From the NCBI GenBank assembly GCA_030704615.1, contig CM060734.1, forward strand, positions 51,336,001 to 51,400,000: a stretch of DNA of 64,000 nucleotides. Direction: 5' to 3'. This document shows, in pieces, positions 49,501 to 61,200 of the stretch. This stretch comes from Takakia lepidozioides. Lineage: Eukaryota > Plantae > Bryophyta. The notes beneath the pieces are model-generated. The model ran no database searches, was not told where the DNA came from, and worked only from the letters and a program-made list of their open reading frames with translations. Position numbers and translations under genes: made by a program. How positions within the stretch are numbered: position 1 is the first letter of the stretch; every line of letters starts with the position of its first letter.

Positions 49501-51277
49501 ATCTGTGTGGTCGAAGGTGGGGGCCTGTAGTGATCCTGTACGGGCGTTGAAATCTCCAACCAAGAAAATGTCCGTTCGTGGGGTACGGAGACGGGCCATA
49601 TCATCTTCCAATGGAACATATGGTGAATCTGTTCGAATATGTAGGCCGCTGTGCGGAGATGCGGCCGGAGCAAAATAACATCCCGCCAACAGGATGTTGT
49701 AGCCTTTGATGTGACACCAAATGTACCTTGCCAGTGGGTCTTTGTATGGGAAGGAGATAAGTGGGAGAAGCCAGTCAACAAAGTAACAAGCCACACCTCC
49801 AGATCCTTTGAGACCTGTACTGGATGAATCACTGACTGAAAGCTATACCCGAGAATAAAAAGGGGGTCCTTTCCTTCATACGCATGAGTTTCCAAGAGAA
49901 AAAGAACATCACACTTGGAAAGAATATCTAGAAGCCCTTGAGGGTGGCTCCACAACGAGCCATTATAGTTCCATGAGCCAATGTGTAGATGTGAGCGTGC
50001 GTTGGTCTCATGGTGCCCCAACCCCTATTTAGAGCTAGAGGAGCAACGTTCGTGCTCCCGGACAATTACCCTCCCATCTCGGTACATGGCATAGTGCCCT
50101 TGAGCTCGAGCTTGCTTAACTTGCAAGAGTTATGCCCGCATGGCGCTGTATGGCAAAGGGGTCAAGTCATCGTTGAGGTACATACCCTGACCTCTCAATT
50201 GAGGCCTCTGCCTGAGGACTCTATCTCGAGCACCCTTGTCCTTGAATCTAATGAAGAGGACTTTGTGCTCTGAAGATCTTGCACGCCAAGCCTTTTCAAT
50301 GTCACTCGCGCCCCGTGGGAGAGCAAGGTTTTGTTGAATAAGGCTGGTGGCAACGTCAAGAGGGTCCCCCTCAGCAAGGCCCCCTAGCTTCCCAGTGACC
50401 CTGATGTTAAGGGCTTTGAAACCCGTTGCTGTTCCTCTCGCAAGGTAGCCGAGACTGTCTCCTCCAGAGAGTGAGGACTGTTGTTGGATGTGCTCCCCTT
50501 AACTATATTAGCCCATGAGGAGGCCTCTGCCTTATGAGCTTGGAGCTCCCGAGCCATTGTAGACGTCGCAGTTCTGTGTGTTTCCAGCTCTTTGCTAAGG
50601 GATTCCACCTGCAGGTGGATGCTTGCTGTGAGGGGATCTGGGAGGCTCTTCTCTGTGAAGGTCTTCACTTCGCCTTCAAGTTTTGAAAGACGCGTATGTG
50701 TGGATTTGTCATTGAGATGTTTTACCAAACCTTGAAGTTTGCTAGTGCACTCCTGAAGAGAGGCCCGCAAAACGCTATCCTGAACTCGCATATTGTTCTC
50801 CAAGTCTGTGTATCTGTCTATCATGCGCTTCTGCCAATCTTTGTCCAAGGAAGTCATGCGTTTCTGCCAATCTTTGTCAAGGAATCCATGCGCTTTTCCC
50901 AATTTTTGTTAAGGGAAGCCATCCGCGTCTCCCAGTCTTTGTCTAGGGAAGCCAACCGCTCCTCCGAGTCATTGTCACGGGCACTTGCTGCAGAGTCTCC
51001 TCCGAGATGCATTTCGTTTGTAAGATGGAGATTTGGTCCCGAAGCGTTTGAACATCAGCACTCCTTGTGGAGTACTGATGCAAAGAAGAGGCTTGATGAG
51101 AGACAGGGGCAGGAAGAAGAAGCACAGGGGAATCAGGTCGACGTGAGGGAGACGGGTACTCTACCTCGTCGACAGCCGTCCTTTGGCGTTTGGACGTCAT
51201 GGTGTGGTGGAGATGGCGCTAGCGCGCCGACGTGCTGCCGCGCGCGCGAGAGAGAGAAACGAGAGAGAGAGAGAGTT
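46546..51277 (-). mobile_element. Near full-length degenerate LINE (ORF1 + APE endonuclease/RT ORF2), RTEX-like
   Basis: ORF1 remnants 51200-50200 (coiled coil, SWANIVK, LREEQQR). APE motifs SWNYNG, LLETH, GDFNARTG, VVDYLL, DSDH. RT motifs CFVDFHKAFDSV, GVKQGCPLSPTLF, LLYADD, YRYLG. C-terminal RFRVGSHNLRIETGRW..RLCPAC..ETEEHFFFYCP. (TTTCA)n 3' tail at ~46548-46568. Several frameshifts. Clade assignment is inferred. Confidence 0.92.
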
Positions 51278-51356
51278 GAAAATATGTGAATGACATAATT
51301 TTAGGAATATACATAAGGATGAATGAAGGGTTTCAGGAATGTAAATAACGTATATC

Positions 51357-53388
51357 TGTACGTTTAACAACCTGAACACAGATAGCACTTTGCTTTGGCT
51401 ATTTAACTACTGGGGTGATGGGCCTAAGTTTATCACTGATAATGACTGAGTACCTACATGAACGAACGAGCAAGTGAGTGATTTACGGCACCGCAAGGGA
51501 AGCAGATGGGATAGGGAAGCAGATGGGATTGCATAAATTATGCTCCTAACTTACCTGAGGATTGACATAGTTGCGTCATCCTCTAAACTAACACCCTCCC
51601 CTAGTCTTTAGAAACGCATAACTATTATCTCTCTAATGTCACGAGCCAAGAATCCAGGGTTTGACTCCATCAGTCCTGAAGTTCCCTCAGACTACATACT
51701 CCCAAATCTTCTCTAAACTTCTCAAATTTCAGTCTGCCCAAAGGTTTTGTGAAAATGTCATCCACTTGATCTTGAGTAGCAACATGAATGAGATCGATTT
51801 CTCCGCTTAAGAATGCAGTCTTGACGTCAAGATGGTATATGGGCCATGAATTGTGAGCAGCTAGAGCGATTGTTCCTCGTATTATACCCCCGCTTCACGA
51901 TAGGGCGCAAAAGTCTCGTCAAAGTCCACACCTTCATTTTGTTCGAACCCTTGAGCAACCAAACGAGCTTTTAGCTTCTGCTGAGTCTACATACCAATAT
52001 GTGTCTTTCTCTATATCCATCGAGGCTATTGCAACCTCCAACATGTGGCCAGTGTCTGACTCAGCTGACCATCTTGATCATTTTTCATCATATTGGCTTG
52101 TTGGATCGAGCGGTTTTTCTCATGATCTCCTCGTAGGGAACTGCACAGTGTTTGGCCCAATGACCTACTTTTCCACATCTATTGCAGTTGTAGGGCAAAA
52201 TCTTCTTCTACGACCTTGTACCACCTCCAAAGCTACGATCTGGTGGAATTTCTTGAATTTCACGGATCAGGCCTCATCTTCGTTGTTTGACTCTTTGTTG
52301 ATGTTCTTCAGATCTCGCCGGTTCTCCTCATGCAGCTCTTCAAGAGAAGGCATCTCCCTCTGAGTCATAATAGATTGTGTGTAATGCTCATACAAATCAG
52401 GCAAGGCATTCAAGACCATGTTTACAATGATATCATCATCGATGACCTCACCAAAACCAGCTAGCTAGCTGGATTGTTAAATTAGTGACTGTCTCAATGA
52501 AAGTTTCCATTGGAGTGTCTTCATCTTTCTTGAGCATAGTGAGTTTCTTAGGAAGCATGAGCCTCATAGAGTTAGCCTTGACCTCGTAGATGCTAGTCAA
52601 ATAATCCCACACAACTTTTGGATCAATCATGTGCTTGACGGATGGAATAATCTTGTTAGAAACTAAAAGATTTATGATGCTAAGTGCTCTATGTTTTTGT
52701 CTGTCGAATAGGGCCAGGTTCTTGTCGGTGACCTCAAAATGTTTCTAGACAATATGAGGAATTTCATCTCTTAGCAAAACAGATTGTGGACTTTGAATTT
52801 CCACACAAAAAAGTTAGATTGTCCAACTAACTTGTTAGTCTCTGAGACTCCTCCTCCGTTGTTCTATGACCCTTGTCTAGACGACATGATGAAGAACTAC
52901 TACTGGATTAGTATAATATTCTAGATAGAAATGACAGAACTACTATTGGAAATCTTAGTATAATATTCTAGACAGAAATGACAGAAAACAGCTTTGGAGC
53001 AATGCTACACAAAGTTTTAGTTAAGACTAATTTGGAGCATTGCTCACAAAGTATAAATAGAACATGTAGAATTAGATAGAAACAACTGGTGGAGCAAAGC
53101 TGCACACCGGAAATCTTCCTAGTGATTCCCAGACTCTCAGAGAATTCCCAAGGTCCCCCTCCTTCTCTGATACCATGTAAGTTTTGTTAAACAAGTCATG
53201 CATTAACAAGAGTATACAAAGGACCTGAATACAGATAGCACTTTGCTTTGGCTATTTAACCACTGGGGTGATGGGCCCAAGTTTATCACTGATAATTACA
53301 CACCGCAAGGGAAGAAGATGGGACTGCATAAATTACGCTCCTAACTTATCTGAGGACTGACATGGTTGCGTCATCCTCTAAACTAACA
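51357..53388 (-). mobile_element. Internally deleted Ty1/copia LTR retrotransposon (2,032 bp)
   Basis: LTRs at 53176-53388 and 51357-51593 (TG...CA); TSD ATATC at 51352-51356 and 53389-53393; PBS TGGTATCAGAG (tRNA-iMet) at 53175-53165; PPT TAGGGGAGGG at ~51603-51594. Internal remnants of gag (VWDYLTSIYE), RT (KARLVAQGFEQNEGVDFDETFAP, HLDVKTAFL) and RNase H (DQVDDIFTKPL). Confidence 0.93.
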
Positions 53389-55054
53389 ATATCTACATGC
53401 TTTCACTTTCAGATTGGAAGTCTACTGAAATCTTCACGCTTTTCTCGATTATGTCCCTTTCAATCCTTCCTTGTCGGATTTGAATGCCCCATGTTGTCCA
53501 ACGCACCCATGATATAGGTCTCTAAATGAGGCAGCCCCGGGAAGCCATATAAACCACAAAAATTCATTAGCTAAAGGTGGAAACCCAGCTTTGTATACGT
53601 AGAGCCCAGCAAACACAACACTGTACCTGTTGTACATGTATATGATTCAGCATTCTGCACTAGGCCAGGTAATTAGACTGTTAGAAGGAAATATTAGATC
53701 CAGGGTTTTACCTTCGGATGATCTAGGGGTCAATATTAGCAGGATGTTTACTAATGAGTTCAGATTCAACTTTGTAGGATGCAGCTGTCGAATCTGATCC
53801 CATTTTTCGTTTTGTAGACCTTTAATCTCGAGTTAATTTAATGTATTCAAAGACTTGTCGACTGCACACGAGCTCATACCAGACAGAAATCATATAAGTA
53901 GGGACTATCCTAGATATGAATCAAAGAATTTCCCCCTCCCTCTCTGCGGCCCTTGAGGCTGCTCTCGCGAAAGGCTTTTGTGCATGCATATGCATGTGAT
54001 CCTCGATCCTTTCCACGGACCCGCTCTTCTGCCATGTGCTACTAAGTCCAGTTTCCGCTGAGAAAGCACAATCGATGCGTTTTATTAGTTCGACCAGCTG
54101 TACATGTGTAAGCAATTTTTTTTGGTATAAGCTGTGTGGGCTGAGGTAGAAACTGAACGTTGAAAAATTTCACTGGCGGCATTGTGTTATTCAAGTAGAA
54201 TGATAGAAAAAAAAAATCTTGTCCAAGTTAGAGCTAGTATTTGCTTACCCCAAGTAGTTCCAAGTTCATTCTAGATCAGATGTCCAAGCTGTCCATCTAC
54301 GACAACTAACCTAGTGACACTTGTCTTTAACTTGGGTCACCTATTTTGAATGGGTTTTTCCCTCCACGGCTCTTTAGTCCTTGATCAGCCCCTCGATCTA
54401 CATAGTCTGTAGACCTACATCTTCTTGTTGTGCCTGAACTGCACTAATGTGCTTCTATGAACAGAGCGCAGAGCTCTCCTTATGAATGTGTATGAGTGCA
54501 TCCTTTATAAGTCATTCTTTTGTAGCATTTCAACACTGAATAGTGAGGATGGTGGACCGCTGCCAGAGGCTAGCTTGTGTTAAATTCACCAAAGATTCAA
54601 TTGATCTGACTAGGTAGACTTAAGGGAAGGTGCCATCGCAACAAACTGAACTTAAATAAGTTGCGGCCTGATCTTCAGCCTTCCCGTAAATTGGTGATCA
54701 ATTCTAGATTCTGCACGCCTTGAAACTATGATCAGTTACGGCAATGGTACGTAGTGTAGGGCAACAGCTAATACTTACTAATGATCAGTTCATGACAGTC
54801 TACATTTAATTTGACGCTTTGCTCGAACTGACGTATAATCAAATTTCAATCACCACACGTATTCGGAGATCAGACCTCTATGTACAGATTAATATGCACT
54901 CAGCTGAACTTTGATTTTGTGAATTCATATGAAACATTTAAATTATGTCATAAGGACAGGACGTCTCGACCCAGGCTCGAAGGTTCTCTTCAGTACCAAT
55001 CTTGCAGGCTGTTCAAAACTGAAAGCTGGGATAGGAATGGCTGTAATAATCAGT

Positions 55055-58009
55055 CTATGGTGTTGCGGTCCAGACTGGTTCATATGTTCCTGGAATCAAA
55101 CAGCTTGTGCTTTTCGAAGCGTCTTTTGTATCATCATCCGTGGTAGGGAATTTACCGAGGCACCACTGTCCTGTCTTCAAATCGTAAAAGGCAACATAAG
55201 TGTGATCCGTAGAATCGCTTTTGAAGGCAACCATTCGGTCACCACCTGCCACATTGTATCTTTGGTTCCTATCACGAGTCTTACGTCCATAGGTTTTAGT
55301 AAACATTGCATCAAAAATGGAAGGTGGCATGATGGGGCTCTTCACGCGCTTGAAAGTGCCAGTAGGAGATCCATCTTCGTTGAGAAGAACTTCCATGATG
55401 TAGATCTGATCAGCAGACCTTGACTTGTGGGGTAGCGTGCGCGATACAGCATAAAGTCTACTCTGGCCCGCTCGAACCATCTTCGGGGCTTCTACGAATT
55501 TCTCAATAAATATATCATAGATGTTGAAATTTATGACAATCTCTTGTATGCGAGGAGCGCTGCAGTTAAAGAAGAATATGGCGGGTGAGAGGGGGTCTGT
55601 TTTGCGCTCCGGTGTTGGACTGACTCGTAAGCCTCCAAAGTAGACATTTTGATTTATGACTGCACAAGACGTGCGTCCACCATGATATTCCGTTGGCGCT
55701 CTCCCATTGTAAATACTATCAAAATGAACCCACTCTCCCACTGCTGAGGAGTAGATCGCAACTGCGACCTCGTATGCGTGTCTCTGTTTGTATTTGAAAT
55801 TCAGAGCTTCGTGTGCAGCGACGGATTCAGGAGTGAACGGAAGTGCTACCTCGCCCACGACGATGAGTCGGTACGCCGTGCGTGTTGCATCATCGAAACT
55901 AAAGCAAGCCGCCAACTCTTTCAGCACCTTGCCAGGTATGGGAGGCAGAAATCTGTGAGCAGCTGTCAGCGGGTTGCAAACGAATAACAGTGGTTGGCCC
56001 TTAGCGGATTCATAGCCTGGTTGACTCCAGTAAGATCGATTTGGAATCTCAAATTCAGTGTACATGTTTCCGTTTACCTGGAGTCCTTTTGAGGCAATTG
56101 GTATCTTCCCGCCCTCGAATAGGAGTAGGCCGGCACTCGCTGCTAAGACAGAGCCTAACATGATCCTTGGAACATTTATTACTCGTGGCATTCTCCACCA
56201 AGCAGACGACCAATCTGTTGTGGTGCATAATTCTTCCCAAGTGAAGTTTTTCAATACAACAACAATTCTCGACCATCTTCCTATGATGGCCGGGAAATAT
56301 CGTGTATACGTTCTCGACTCTATGTTCTCAAACATAGTGGGCGTCCATACTCGAACCATTGGCCCGGGCCCTGCTTTATACCGCGTGGTCCTGGATGGGT
56401 TCATGGAGATCCAAGCGAACTCCAAGAAAGGTACCGGAAAAGTTGCCATACACTGGGCCACTACTCCTGGTTCCAGCTCTTCTTGCTCAAGCGGACGACC
56501 GCTTTGTATTCTTCTCTGTATGTTTCGCAGGAACTCACGAGTGATGGACACTGGGGTCTGAGGTGGGCGCCCAGGATTCACATCGCCATACGTGGGAGAA
56601 TGGGGTTCAAGGGGTGCAGGGAGTGGTAGCAAAGGTCGAAATGCCTTGGGCTTCATACCTCGAGCCTTAGGTCTGACAGATTTTGGAGGGGAAGTTTCGC
56701 GCGACGCTGGTCGAGAAGAAGATGCTTCAACATGAGCTGGGCTGCTGCTACTGTCTGCAACTACGTTTGGAGTGGCAGGATGGTTTGGGCGAGGAGGACT
56801 GCTAAGGTCGTCTAGGGCGTCCATGATTTCTGAACATTCTAAATCTACGTCCATCGACGTGCTTGGTTGGCCAGGAGATTTCGGAGAAGCTGGCATGCTG
56901 CTGATGTCGTCTAGAGCGCCCGTAATCTTTTCTTCAAATTCTTTGTCGGAAGCGTTTGAATGGGCAGGAGATTTTGGAGTAGAACCGTACTCGGGGGTCT
57001 TGAGTCTCTTGGCTTGCCGAGGGGAATCCTGCTCAGCGCGGACCGGGCTGCCTCTGACGGCATTGCTGTCTAGCATGTCCATTTCGATGTACCTCAGAAT
57101 GTCATCGAGCCCATCATAGTCGCAGATCGGACCGGGTTCCAGGAGCCTCTTGCCTGGCCGAGCAAGATCATCCACAGCGCCGACCGAGCTGCTTGGAAGT
57201 ACGTCCGGAGGCAATTCATGTGGCGGAAATGGCAAGCTGGCAATGTAGTGGGTAGGAGATTGTGGAGAACTACGTAGGTTGGAGCTGAACAAGCTGTTAG
57301 CCTCCTGCAGAAGGTTGAATTGTTGCTCACCCAATAAATCAGGACCGTGGTCATTCAAAGGTCTCAGTTCACTGCCCCTCAACACATTAGCTGGCACATT
57401 AGGGATCTGGTCATAGGGAGATTCGAATTCTCGCAACCAATCGAACTGTAAACCTGGAATTTCATTTGGAAAAGCATTGGACTGGGCATCTGGTCTAAAA
57501 TCAATGTTATCGTCATGGTACATGTTTCTACCTGCCTCATTCAAGTAGTCTGAAACTGGACCCGTGTCCATCGCCAGGTCACTGGTAGGATGATCAGATG
57601 TAAGGCGATGTGCGCTGGAGTGTAGAGCCTCATGCCCCAAAAAATCAGCCCAGCTAGGGTCCAGTTGAATGCCACTAGTCGATGAACCCGGCTGGTTGCT
57701 AGGCTGCATTGGGTAGTCGTCCACAGATCTCAATTGCCCACCCAGCGAATCTGGAACCCGGCCATTGGGAAATTCGAACTCTTGCCATGGTGGAGATCGT
57801 TGCCGGGGGAAAAGATTTGCTACCGTCAGTTCGTAGGACCGAAGATATTCATTCAAATCGACATTACTGTCCTCTTGAAACAGTTTGATATCTGCCTCAC
57901 TAAACACGTCTGAGTCATTACCCATGTTGGCCGGAGTAGTACCAGATTGTTGGGTTTGTCCATGGGAACCTGCACCGTCTCCAAAGAGATTCAACTGTGG
58001 AGAATCCAT
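55055..58009 (-). CDS. Uncharacterised ~984-aa protein, paralogue B of 41740-44157
   Basis: Intact single-exon ORF; first ATG at 58009 (MDSPQ, aligning with MGTPQ of paralogue A). Shares ELEP..VA.CMATFP, WTPTMF, YFPAIIG, MPRV.NVP, AASAGLL.FEGG, FVCNPLT and the terminal LIPGT(Y/F)EP.W.ATP*. Confidence 0.75.
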   Translation of the reverse strand: MDSPQLNLFGDGAGSHGQTQQSGTTPANMGNDSDVFSEADIKLFQEDSNVDLNEYLRSYELTVANLFPRQRSPPWQEFEFPNGRVPDSLGGQLRSVDDYPMQPSNQPGSSTSGIQLDPSWADFLGHEALHSSAHRLTSDHPTSDLAMDTGPVSDYLNEAGRNMYHDDNIDFRPDAQSNAFPNEIPGLQFDWLREFESPYDQIPNVPANVLRGSELRPLNDHGPDLLGEQQFNLLQEANSLFSSNLRSSPQSPTHYIASLPFPPHELPPDVLPSSSVGAVDDLARPGKRLLEPGPICDYDGLDDILRYIEMDMLDSNAVRGSPVRAEQDSPRQAKRLKTPEYGSTPKSPAHSNASDKEFEEKITGALDDISSMPASPKSPGQPSTSMDVDLECSEIMDALDDLSSPPRPNHPATPNVVADSSSSPAHVEASSSRPASRETSPPKSVRPKARGMKPKAFRPLLPLPAPLEPHSPTYGDVNPGRPPQTPVSITREFLRNIQRRIQSGRPLEQEELEPGVVAQCMATFPVPFLEFAWISMNPSRTTRYKAGPGPMVRVWTPTMFENIESRTYTRYFPAIIGRWSRIVVVLKNFTWEELCTTTDWSSAWWRMPRVINVPRIMLGSVLAASAGLLLFEGGKIPIASKGLQVNGNMYTEFEIPNRSYWSQPGYESAKGQPLLFVCNPLTAAHRFLPPIPGKVLKELAACFSFDDATRTAYRLIVVGEVALPFTPESVAAHEALNFKYKQRHAYEVAVAIYSSAVGEWVHFDSIYNGRAPTEYHGGRTSCAVINQNVYFGGLRVSPTPERKTDPLSPAIFFFNCSAPRIQEIVINFNIYDIFIEKFVEAPKMVRAGQSRLYAVSRTLPHKSRSADQIYIMEVLLNEDGSPTGTFKRVKSPIMPPSIFDAMFTKTYGRKTRDRNQRYNVAGGDRMVAFKSDSTDHTYVAFYDLKTGQWCLGKFPTTDDDTKDASKSTSCLIPGTYEPVWTATP

Positions 58010-58150
58010 ATTCACAAGATTACCACTAATCAATCGACCCGGTTGGTTATCAGGCTTCTCTCCAGAAGCCAATTACGTAGGGCTTGGGCTCCACGGATCC
58101 AGGTAACCAATGAGTCGAGCATGGTATATTTCTCTGCAGGAATCTTGAGC

Positions 58151-58214
58151 TGCTCAAACTGGGCGCGGGGTCAATGGCCACAAGGCTACGGCAAACAACG
58201 TCTTATGAGTACAA
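58151..58214 (+). mobile_element. 64-bp retro-insert (family 2 3' terminus) with an 18-bp TSD, just upstream of paralogue B
   Basis: TSD tctgca(g/a)gaatcttgagc at 58133-58150 and 58215-58232. The insert is identical to 22721-22784. Confidence 0.88.
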
Positions 58215-61200
58215 TCTGCAAGAATCTTGAGCGGATATCGCTGTCCCCAAGTCAATTTGCGTCAAAGCTCGTGAATTGGCTTTGAACAGATTGATTTATA
58301 TATACCTGTTGTTCTTGAAAGTGTTGAATCATTTGAATGTTCACTTGATCCTAAGCGATAAGCAGGACACGGCGGTTCGCCAGGTACAACTTGAAACCCC
58401 CATCAGAACAAAAATCTTTAATGAGAGCATGACTCATGACCTCCCGTGCTGCACTGTAATTACGCAGTTGTGTATTAACGTGAAAGTTTTCAAATGCAGG
58501 TGCCTGCGATCCCAGTGGAGGAATGCGAATCTGGCGACCCGAAAGTGATCTGTGCATGAAGTCTATCAATCATGAATGTCCAGTGCAGGTGAGATCTCAT
58601 AATATTTCTGAAAAAGCCCACCACTACCCAAACTGAATCAAGACGTTAGAAAAAATTAAGAGGTTGACGCCTGCCCTAACCAAGCGCGAAAATCCTCACC
58701 CGAACAACTTGATAAGGAAGAGATGACTGACTAGACAATGAATTCTCCATCGATTTAGAGTAAAACTGGAACTTTGCAGCTGATAAAGCATCAATTTGAT
58801 CAGGCCGGCCACCACATGGCTAGTTTCGCCCAACCTCCTCTTACTTAGGCTTGAGCATTCATCATCATCATGTATAACTAGAGATATTTACATTGCATGT
58901 GCACGGGTGCATCTAGTTTGCATTACACGATTCGCTTATGGCATGGTAACATTTTAATATATTTTGCACGCACAAAAGCAAGGTGCAGGAGATCTAGAGA
59001 AGAGCGGAGGTTCCTGTCTCAAAATTTTGTTCGGCGCATGGAAACATATCGTTTGAAGTTTCAAACAGTTCAAGGTTTAGATTTTCTTGTCCAAGACACG
59101 ATCGCGGATGGATCATGCAGCCTGCCAATCTCCCAAAGAGGCCCACATTGTCAAGTTTCTGATCATATAAAAGGAGGGAGTTCTACCATGAATTCAGACA
59201 TGACTAGAGGAACTTTAAATTATGATTAGGCCTACCTTGGAGACTATCGCCAAGGGATCTAGGACTGGGTTAACTTATATCTATAATCATACTTACCGTG
59301 ACCACATGTACTTTGTCCAGGGATTTGAAATAACAAGCTACCAGCCGGAGCACTTGGGACTCAGGTTTGACATTGATAATGCAAGCTCTTGCATATTGAC
59401 TGATATTGCATGTAGATTCTTCCTGGGGCTTCCCAAGGCACCAAGCATTCACGCTCAGTAGAGTGGAATGATTCCTTACCTAGTTCAACGTCATTCAGGC
59501 TACTTTGACTATGCATGTACACCACTTCAATGCTCTTGCCATCAATATTAACTCGTGGCCTAGATATTGCAAGCGGAGGACTACTCTGCTACTATTCTGC
59601 TCTCACTGCCGGCTAAGGATCCCCTTCGGAGTCTCTTGGGAACTACTCTTAGCATCAACCACGTGTATAAGCCGGAAGCTTACTTATTTCATGCCTAAGA
59701 TAGTTTGTAAGATATAACGGCTCTCATCCGAAGATCCTACGATACTCCAACAATGGGTCCACAGGGTTTTTCCGAAGTTCCCTCTTTCTCCTCTCTTCTC
59801 TCCACATTGGTTAGTTCTTTGCAGGGCCTTCCGCCGACTTAATACACAGTTGTTAATTCTTTCTTTCTCTTTCTCTCTCTAGGAGTCACCACGAGCGATT
59901 TGAGATTGGTCGTGAGAAACAAGAATCATTCTGGGTCCTTGCACCAACCGTGTATACTCTTCGCTACCACAAGTTCCAAACTTGTCTTCAAATGCTCATA
60001 TAATGAACCCTTCTAGATATATGGCATTTGGATTCGTCTTCTAAAACTGAAGAGTTACGAGGAAAGCATGTGAAAGGAAATGACGGTGAGCTGGAGAACA
60101 TGAAGGGGTGGATTGAGAATGAAGGCGTGCAGATGAACCGGTGATTTGAAAGGACAGTCTTTAGTACCGTTAAACCCCCGTCAATTTTCAGTTCAGACAC
60201 GAGGTCCATTCGTTGAACAAAATGGATGAATCAGTCTGATCTCATAAGTTCCTTGAGGCTATGAAGTGTTCAGGACTAAGAGGCTGCGGGCTACATCTAG
60301 CAAGAGCTTGGCTGCATATTGATTATGTTATATATATTTGCATGTGCATCAACTCTTCTTCTGAGTGTACTGATGGAAAAGCAGGCTCTTGCAACAGTTC
60401 TGCTTTAATACTGGGAAGTCTTATGTGTCCTAAAGTTTGTGCAAGCAGCTAAGGATTGATGATGAGTTAGATATGGAAGTGGAGAACAAGGTTGGATAGA
60501 TCCAAGTCTCGACAGACTCTTTGGAACTAATCAGGCGATGGGAGTTAAGCTGCGATCAAGGTCCGGGTAAGTTTGTGATCCACTAGATTTTTAGACTTTC
60601 AGTGCCCAGGTGATATTGGAGCGTTTAAGCTGGCCTAGCCTCGACAATCTATTTCAACCCTGCAGGCTGGGGGATTAAAATCTGGGATCATTGAAGGTTT
60701 GTGATGAATCACTCTTTCTCAGCTCTGCCAGCCAAAGAGAAAGCTGGGGTGAAAGATCAAGTCTCGCAATCTGTATCTCTTTTCTGCACATTGCATATAT
60801 GAGGAAAGATTCGAGTTCCTGGGCTCGATTAGGTGACTAGGCTCTTGACATTATCAGTCACGCAAGCCTTCCGCAAAGCCTTGGTGGACGTCGCTGCTGT
60901 TGGCTACAGTTTCCGCCGTCATTGTAATATATGGCTGGGAGTACGCATGGACATCAGTGTCAGATGGCTGGTATGTGCATTTGAATTATCGTCCTCTGGA
61001 CAACATTCGTCGGTCGTCGGAGTGCCTTACATGTCGGCAAGATCTCCAATTCCGCTGCACCTGCACTCTTCAGGTCAAGAAATGTGTTCCAAGCACATTG
61101 CACACAGGATCATAACAGCCAAATAGTTGCAGTTGCATTCATTTTTGTGCGGACCTGTCAGTAAACATTATACTCTGAATCCTGAGCCAGGGAATACCAA

